Assembly (NCBI GenBank): GCA_016932595.1 | Contig: JAFGCP010000019.1 | Span: forward strand, 1-47,149 | Reading direction: 5' to 3' | Length of the DNA stretch: 47,149 bases | Origin: Deltaproteobacteria bacterium | Lineage (GTDB): Bacteria > Desulfobacterota > WTBG01 > CAIYCZ01 > CAIRTM01 | Shown: one piece after another, positions 45,948 to 47,149 of the stretch | Numbering within the stretch: the stretch's first letter is position 1 | Layout of the letters: each line of letters begins with the position of its first letter | Notes under the pieces: model-generated | Told to the model about the DNA's origin: nothing | What the model saw: the letters and a program-made list of their open reading frames with translations, nothing else | The model's database searches: none | Translations under genes and position numbers: made by a program

Positions 45948-46535
45948 CTAGAGCACTCCCTTGGTCGAGGGCACGCCCGTTATGCGGCCGTCAAGCTGCG
46001 TGGCGCGATCCAGAGCACGGCCAAGGGCCTTGAATACCGCCTCGATAATATGATGACTGTTCTTGCCATAGGGGACATTAATATGCAGCGTTGCCCTGCA
46101 GTTATTGACAAGGGCCTGCAAAAACTCCTCAACCAGCTCGCTGTCGAACTCGCCGACTTTGCTTTTCAGGTCTGGGGCATTATAGACCAGACATGGCCTG
46201 CCACTGAGGTCAAGCGTTACATCTGCCAGCGCCTCATCCATGGGCACAGCAGCCTGACCATAGCGGCAAATGCCCGCCTTGTCGCCCAGTGCCTTCACAA
46301 TCGCCTGTCCGAGGCATATACCGATATCCTCGACCGTATGATGAAAGTCAATGGCCGTATCGCCCTTGGCCAGCACGGTCAGATTGAAGAGCCCGTGCCT
46401 TGCGAAAAGCTCAAGCATATGGTTGAGAAACGCCACTGGTGTCTGAACGCTATAGGAGCCTGCTCCGTCGATGTCAAGGGCAACCGTAATCTCGGTTTCT
46501 GTTGTTTTTCTTTCAATACGGGCTGAACGTTCCAT
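45948..46535 (-). CDS. hisB: imidazoleglycerol-phosphate dehydratase
   Basis: [16 protein letters not shown] ... [11 protein letters not shown] ... [11 protein letters not shown]. Confidence 0.95.
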   Translation of the reverse strand: MERSARIERKTTETEITVALDIDGAGSYSVQTPVAFLNHMLELFARHGLFNLTVLAKGDTAIDFHHTVEDIGICLGQAIVKALGDKAGICRYGQAAVPMDEALADVTLDLSGRPCLVYNAPDLKSKVGEFDSELVEEFLQALVNNCRATLHINVPYGKNSHHIIEAVFKALGRALDRATQLDGRITGVPSTKGVL

Positions 46536-46567
46536 ATGATCTCCTGTGTCACATTAGATGTTTTGCC

Positions 46568-46597
46568 ATCTTACCACGTACTGGCCGTAATATTCAA
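46568..46597 (-). promoter_or_regulatory. sigma-70-like promoter TTGAAT-N18-TAAGAT upstream of hisB
   Basis: The hexamers are read on the minus strand. The -10 lies about 30 nt before the hisB ATG. Confidence 0.35.
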
Positions 46598-46677
46598 GAC
46601 AGTTCAGCAGTGATTCCAGTATGCACGTTTCCTGCTGGTTTTTCGACCGGTCCGATTGCGGCCAGGCCAGGGGCTGC

Positions 46678-46998
46678 CTACATATTTGCTGCTTCACCAT
46701 TGATGCTGAAAAGCGAATAAAAACGAAAAAAACGGGCGACTTTTACAAACTTCTCTCCGGCATTAATGATCTCGAAGGTTTTGGATTCGGCTGCCGACTG
46801 CCGGTACATGCCGATAATAAGATTCACCCCCAGTGAATCCACTATTTCAATGCCCGCCGCATCAACAACAATGCCAGTCACACCGGGATATTTTTTCATC
46901 TCGGCAAGCACAGTTTCACGAAGCGGTTCAATATGGCTCGCAATAAGGTCGGTTTGCGGCTGCAGTACAAGCCGGTTCTCCTGAATAATCACATTCAT
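46678..46998 (-). CDS. STAS-domain protein (anti-sigma-factor antagonist-like)
   Basis: 106 aa. VVDAAGIEIVDSLGVNLIIGMY has the conserved D-S-x-G context. GGGAGG RBS. Confidence 0.75.
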   Translation of the reverse strand: MNVIIQENRLVLQPQTDLIASHIEPLRETVLAEMKKYPGVTGIVVDAAGIEIVDSLGVNLIIGMYRQSAAESKTFEIINAGEKFVKVARFFRFYSLFSINGEAANM

Positions 46999-47149
46999 GC
47001 ACGCTGCCTCCCTCGTGAATTAATCTGTTTATAGCCTGAAATACCACTTATGCGCCTTTCTAAGTACGCATCCCCACTGAAAAGGCTACAAAAAAACCGT
47101 AGGACGGACAAAGAACCTGTTTAACCTGCAAAACCTTTTTATGCCGGAC

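Noticed and set aside
1-47149. Search for CRISPR arrays, tRNA/rRNA genes, transposases, integrases or prophage genes
   Set aside because: I saw no regularly spaced direct repeats, no cloverleaf-like sequences in intergenic gaps, and no ORF with DDE, tyrosine-recombinase or phage structural motifs. The scan was done by eye only, so small tRNA-like elements could have been missed.

Overview
The window is a 47-kb chromosomal segment. Gene content suggests an anaerobic deltaproteobacterium (Desulfobacterota-like): multihaem cytochrome, AOR-family enzyme, iron-sulfur flavoprotein, sigma-54 and about 50% GC. That taxonomy is an inference. The core (14.5-31.3 kb) is one long minus-strand housekeeping block: kdsB-kdsA-kdsD-kdsC-lptC-lptA-lptB-rpoN-hpf-ptsN-rapZ-EIIA(Man)-rimI-pyrK-pyrD-ispG-proS-relA, with rpmB convergent at its end. 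The right end (41.9-46.5 kb) carries hisB-H-A-F-I-E and pdxA. Two accessory regions flank the core. The left region (0-14 kb) holds a cysteine-rich secreted beta-propeller/DUF1566 protein, a triple-PAS LuxR regulator, an NlpC/P60 hydrolase with a barrel-like tail, a permease/unknown/serine-hydrolase operon, and a PilZ + STAS + receiver-kinase module. The right region (31.5-41.9 kb) holds an orphan CheY-like receiver preceded by a candidate c-di-GMP-I riboswitch. It also holds an Isf-like flavoprotein, a frameshifted SnoaL-like gene, a thioredoxin-heptahaem cytochrome fusion, a mini-ferredoxin operon behind a leader terminator, and a Tat-exported YdhX/YdhV-like AOR pair. Several intergenic gaps are packed with palindromic REP/MITE-like elements. 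I found no rRNA, tRNA, CRISPR array, transposase or integrase. The leads I rate highest are the riboswitch-receiver pair, the thioredoxin-cytochrome fusion, the Tat-linked AOR, the extended LptA and the uncharacterised envelope operon. All family assignments come from reading motifs by eye. No searches were run.
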